Of a stretch of 34,141 nt of DNA, positions 31,875 to 34,141 are shown piece after piece. The notes beneath the pieces are model-generated. The model had not been told where the DNA came from, searched no databases, and saw only the letters and a list, made by a program, of their open reading frames with translations. The stretch spans positions 1 through 34,141 of the forward strand of contig KZ539075.1 of assembly GCA_000934665.2 (NCBI GenBank), given 5' to 3'. Each line of letters starts with the position of its first letter. The first letter of the stretch is position 1. Source of the DNA: Catajapyx aquilonaris. Its lineage: Eukaryota. A program made the position numbers and the translations under genes.

Positions 31875-32310
31875 ATCATGTATACTGTATAGATCGAAGC
31901 ATTTCCTCAGCCGTCGTGTCATATTTTGTAAGCTTACGAGGAGAGTTTAAGAAAGTTATCTACGTAATTATGAAGATATTCTCGCCTGTATATAATTATA
32001 TAGGATCATTTTGTAAGGGACAAAAAAATGTGTGGTCACTCGGTTCAAGGTCTGGATAATGGTCTGGCATGCTGCGATAATGTTCAGAGACGACCCGCTT
32101 CATTATCGGAGAAAACATGTCGACATTGTCTGACTGCAAATGGCAGTTCATACGCTGGCATTGCGCAAAATTTGGAAGACTGAAAGACAGTACTTTACGG
32201 ATGACTCCCAATGGATGATTTTGCTAGCCCAGAAAGCTAAGCGAGAAGTTGTTCTCGCGAGCTTGCAAACCCACCTTTACAGCTGGAGTCATAGACATTA
32301 TCAGTGTAGG
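31875..32310 (-). pseudogene. Highly decayed mariner transposase relic
   Basis: Minus-strand fragments in the expected order: FWASKIIHWE (cf. VFWD..GIIHWE), HLQSDN (cf. LLHDNARPH), HYPDLEPSDHTFFCPLQN (cf. YSPDLAPSDYHLF..LQN), LQNMTRRLRKCFDL (cf. IQKL..RW.KCID). Confidence 0.72.
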
Positions 32311-32495
32311 CATTCTGTGTAATAAATAATAAATAATTGAGATAAACCGCACTTTTCTTATGTCCTTATACGCCCAATTATACGTACTAACTTACATAAA
32401 ATAATGTAGGCTACTGTTGTGCACAAGTCATAGGACTCATAGCACTGCATGTTTGCATTTTATATATGACGTACATAGGCCTACAGTATATATTT

Positions 32496-32711
32496 CAGTG
32501 GTTTCCAACATTTTACCTACTGCGACCCCCTAAACATGTTTTCATAAATATGCGACCCCACCCCCTTCCTCCCCTCCCCCGGCCCCTTCTACAACTGCCC
32601 CCCTTCCAGAAAACATACACTCTGTACGGCCGCAAAAATGGTTCAATTGACACAGAAATTGCAAAAAAAAAAGTTGAACAAGGCCCGTGACCCCCCGGTT
32701 GGAAACCACCG
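32496..32711. mobile_element. hAT (Charlie/Buster-like) MITE
   Basis: TIR C(A/G)GTGGTTTCCAAC with subterminal GCGACCCC motifs. 8-bp TSD only partly conserved (ATATATTT vs ATATAGGC). Confidence 0.72.
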
Positions 32712-32899
32712 ATATAGGCTATTTGGTGCATTAAAAAACTACATGGGTTTTCATAATAAACATCGACAAACTGCTAGACTCTATCTAGAGTGAACTCCTG
32801 GAGATCAGTGGATGACTTTATCTGGAGGTGTCTCTGCTCCGAAGAGTTCACCCTAGAATCCTAGATGTTTGTCTGCCGAATTATGAACCACTTTGTATA

Positions 32900-33299
32900 C
32901 AGCGTGGTTATGAATTCGTCTGCCAAAATTATATGGGTAGTAGGGGATGGATATGGAAGAAGCATGATATGGGTCCGAAAGGTCGGCGATGACTTTGACG
33001 GCGACGATGTCTATCCTGACAAGTAGCCTGTGACATGCCTGCATTGCTGGTTGCTGGAGTCAGGGCGGTTGAGCAACGGTCTGGGCGGGTCTGGGAGTGC
33101 GAGCCCCTGACTCCGGCAACCAGCGATGCAGGCATGTAAGGAGGTATCCATACTTGCAAGGATGGACATAGTCGATGTCAAAGGTCGACATATCCAAAAC
33201 GGATTGTCGCAGGCCTTTCGGACCCATGCCATGCCTCTGCCATACTCACCCACTACGAGCATCCGGATCATTTTGGCAGACGAATTCGCGAACACGCTG
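32900..33299. mobile_element. 400-bp foldback MITE, TA-flanked
   Basis: CAGCGTG..GAATTCGTCTGCCAAAAT TIRs plus inner inverted blocks (ATGGGTCCGAAAGG/CCTTTCGGACCCAT; CATGCCTGCAT.GCTGGTTGC.GGAGTCAGGG and its complement). The element is an imperfect palindrome along its whole length. Confidence 0.85.
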
Positions 33300-33671
33300 T
33301 AAATGAATTTGCTAAGTTATGGAACTTAGATAGCAGTGGAAAGGGATGCGAGGCCATAACCATATCACGTAAAAGTCACATAATATGCATTCACTCATGA
33401 ATCTGGCTTATCCTTGTTAGTCCGGGGCCTAAGCGAAAAAATCAGGCCTAACTCTGCACTTTGTGATCAGAAGGTCCCACTTGGGACATAAATTATGTTC
33501 CCTATGCCTATAGGAGCCATTTGAGAGTTGACGCCACCTGATCGGCCCCTTAGGTCACGAGTAATACGGAGTTGCCAACCTGGTCCGGGATGATGCAAGT
33601 ACAGACAAGTGCACACTTTGTCAGCTAGTCAACCAGTCGTTATATGTAACTACCTGTAATATTGAGTATTG

Positions 33672-33814
33672 GGGCCCGTTTACATGTGAGCGATTCGCTC
33701 AGCGATGAATCCAATATATTGTTAGGGAACAAGGCATTTTCGTTCCAAACAATACTGGTTTCATCGCTCAGGGATGACCATCGCTGAGCGAATCGCTCAC
33801 ATGTAAACACGTCT
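33672..33814. mobile_element. Harbinger-like MITE (~143 bp)
   Basis: Perfect 30-bp inverted core GTTTACATGTGAGCGATTCGCTCAGCGATG (33678-33707 and 33779-33808). Absent from the paralogous site near 25118. Confidence 0.8.
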
Positions 33815-33921
33815 TATAAAATAGCCTACGCTTTCTATTTCCCACCCTGCATGCTGCAGTTGCCTGACAAATGATTTCTTTAACAAAGAACCAATCAAAC
33901 AAAAGTGACACGGTCTAAAAC

Positions 33922-34027
33922 ATGACAGCTCCTCTCATCTTCGCTTTCGTAAGTATAAGGACCATCCCCCGTGTAGTAACACCGTGATATATATGTCAGT
34001 ATAATATAATAGCCTTATAGACCTATC

Positions 34028-34067
<40 letters not shown>

Positions 34068-34090
34068 CGACATTTCCCTATGAGGGGTAG
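33922..34090 (+). pseudogene. Copy C of the unidentified gene family (exons 33922-33948 and 34013-34090)
   Basis: AAAAC ATG, 9 codons MTAPLIFAF|GTAAGT, 64-bp intron, aatag acceptor, then PYRPI + (AAC)13. A 1-nt deletion relative to copies A/B leads to TAG at 34088-34090. Confidence 0.55.
34027..34066. repeat. (CAA)n/(AAC)13 microsatellite
   Basis: Direct reading. Confidence 0.95.
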
Positions 34091-34141
34091 TCAGCGATGA
34101 AGGGAGACGCAAGCTAACCCAACATATGAACTAATAAAACT

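Overview
Eukaryotic genomic DNA, most likely from an insect (judged from spliceosomal introns, tRNA-derived SINEs with an Lm1/Talua-like domain, and the DNA-transposon content). The six-frame ORF track is mostly spurious. One intact host gene can be reconstructed: an 8-exon SLC46-family (PCFT/HCP1-like) MFS transporter on the + strand (971-15831, 514 aa, all intron phases consistent). Its introns are packed with MITEs of Tc1/mariner, pogo, hAT, Harbinger/ISL2EU, Kolobok and Sola type, several of them nested. One is a ~1 kb near-perfect hairpin. The 3' half holds three diverged copies of an unidentified small spliced gene. Two of these form an old head-to-head inverted duplication (~24.9-28.0 kb vs ~32.4-34.1 kb) whose arms gained different insertions afterwards. 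Also present: a 1.8-kb internally deleted Helitron that keeps an open 387-codon RepHel N-terminus/Pif1 C-terminus fusion ORF, five SINEs with different heads but a shared 3' tail, two Tc1/mariner transposase relics, a possible PI-PLC-X pseudogene, and enhancer-like clusters of homeodomain sites. All coordinates were read by eye and no database searches were run.
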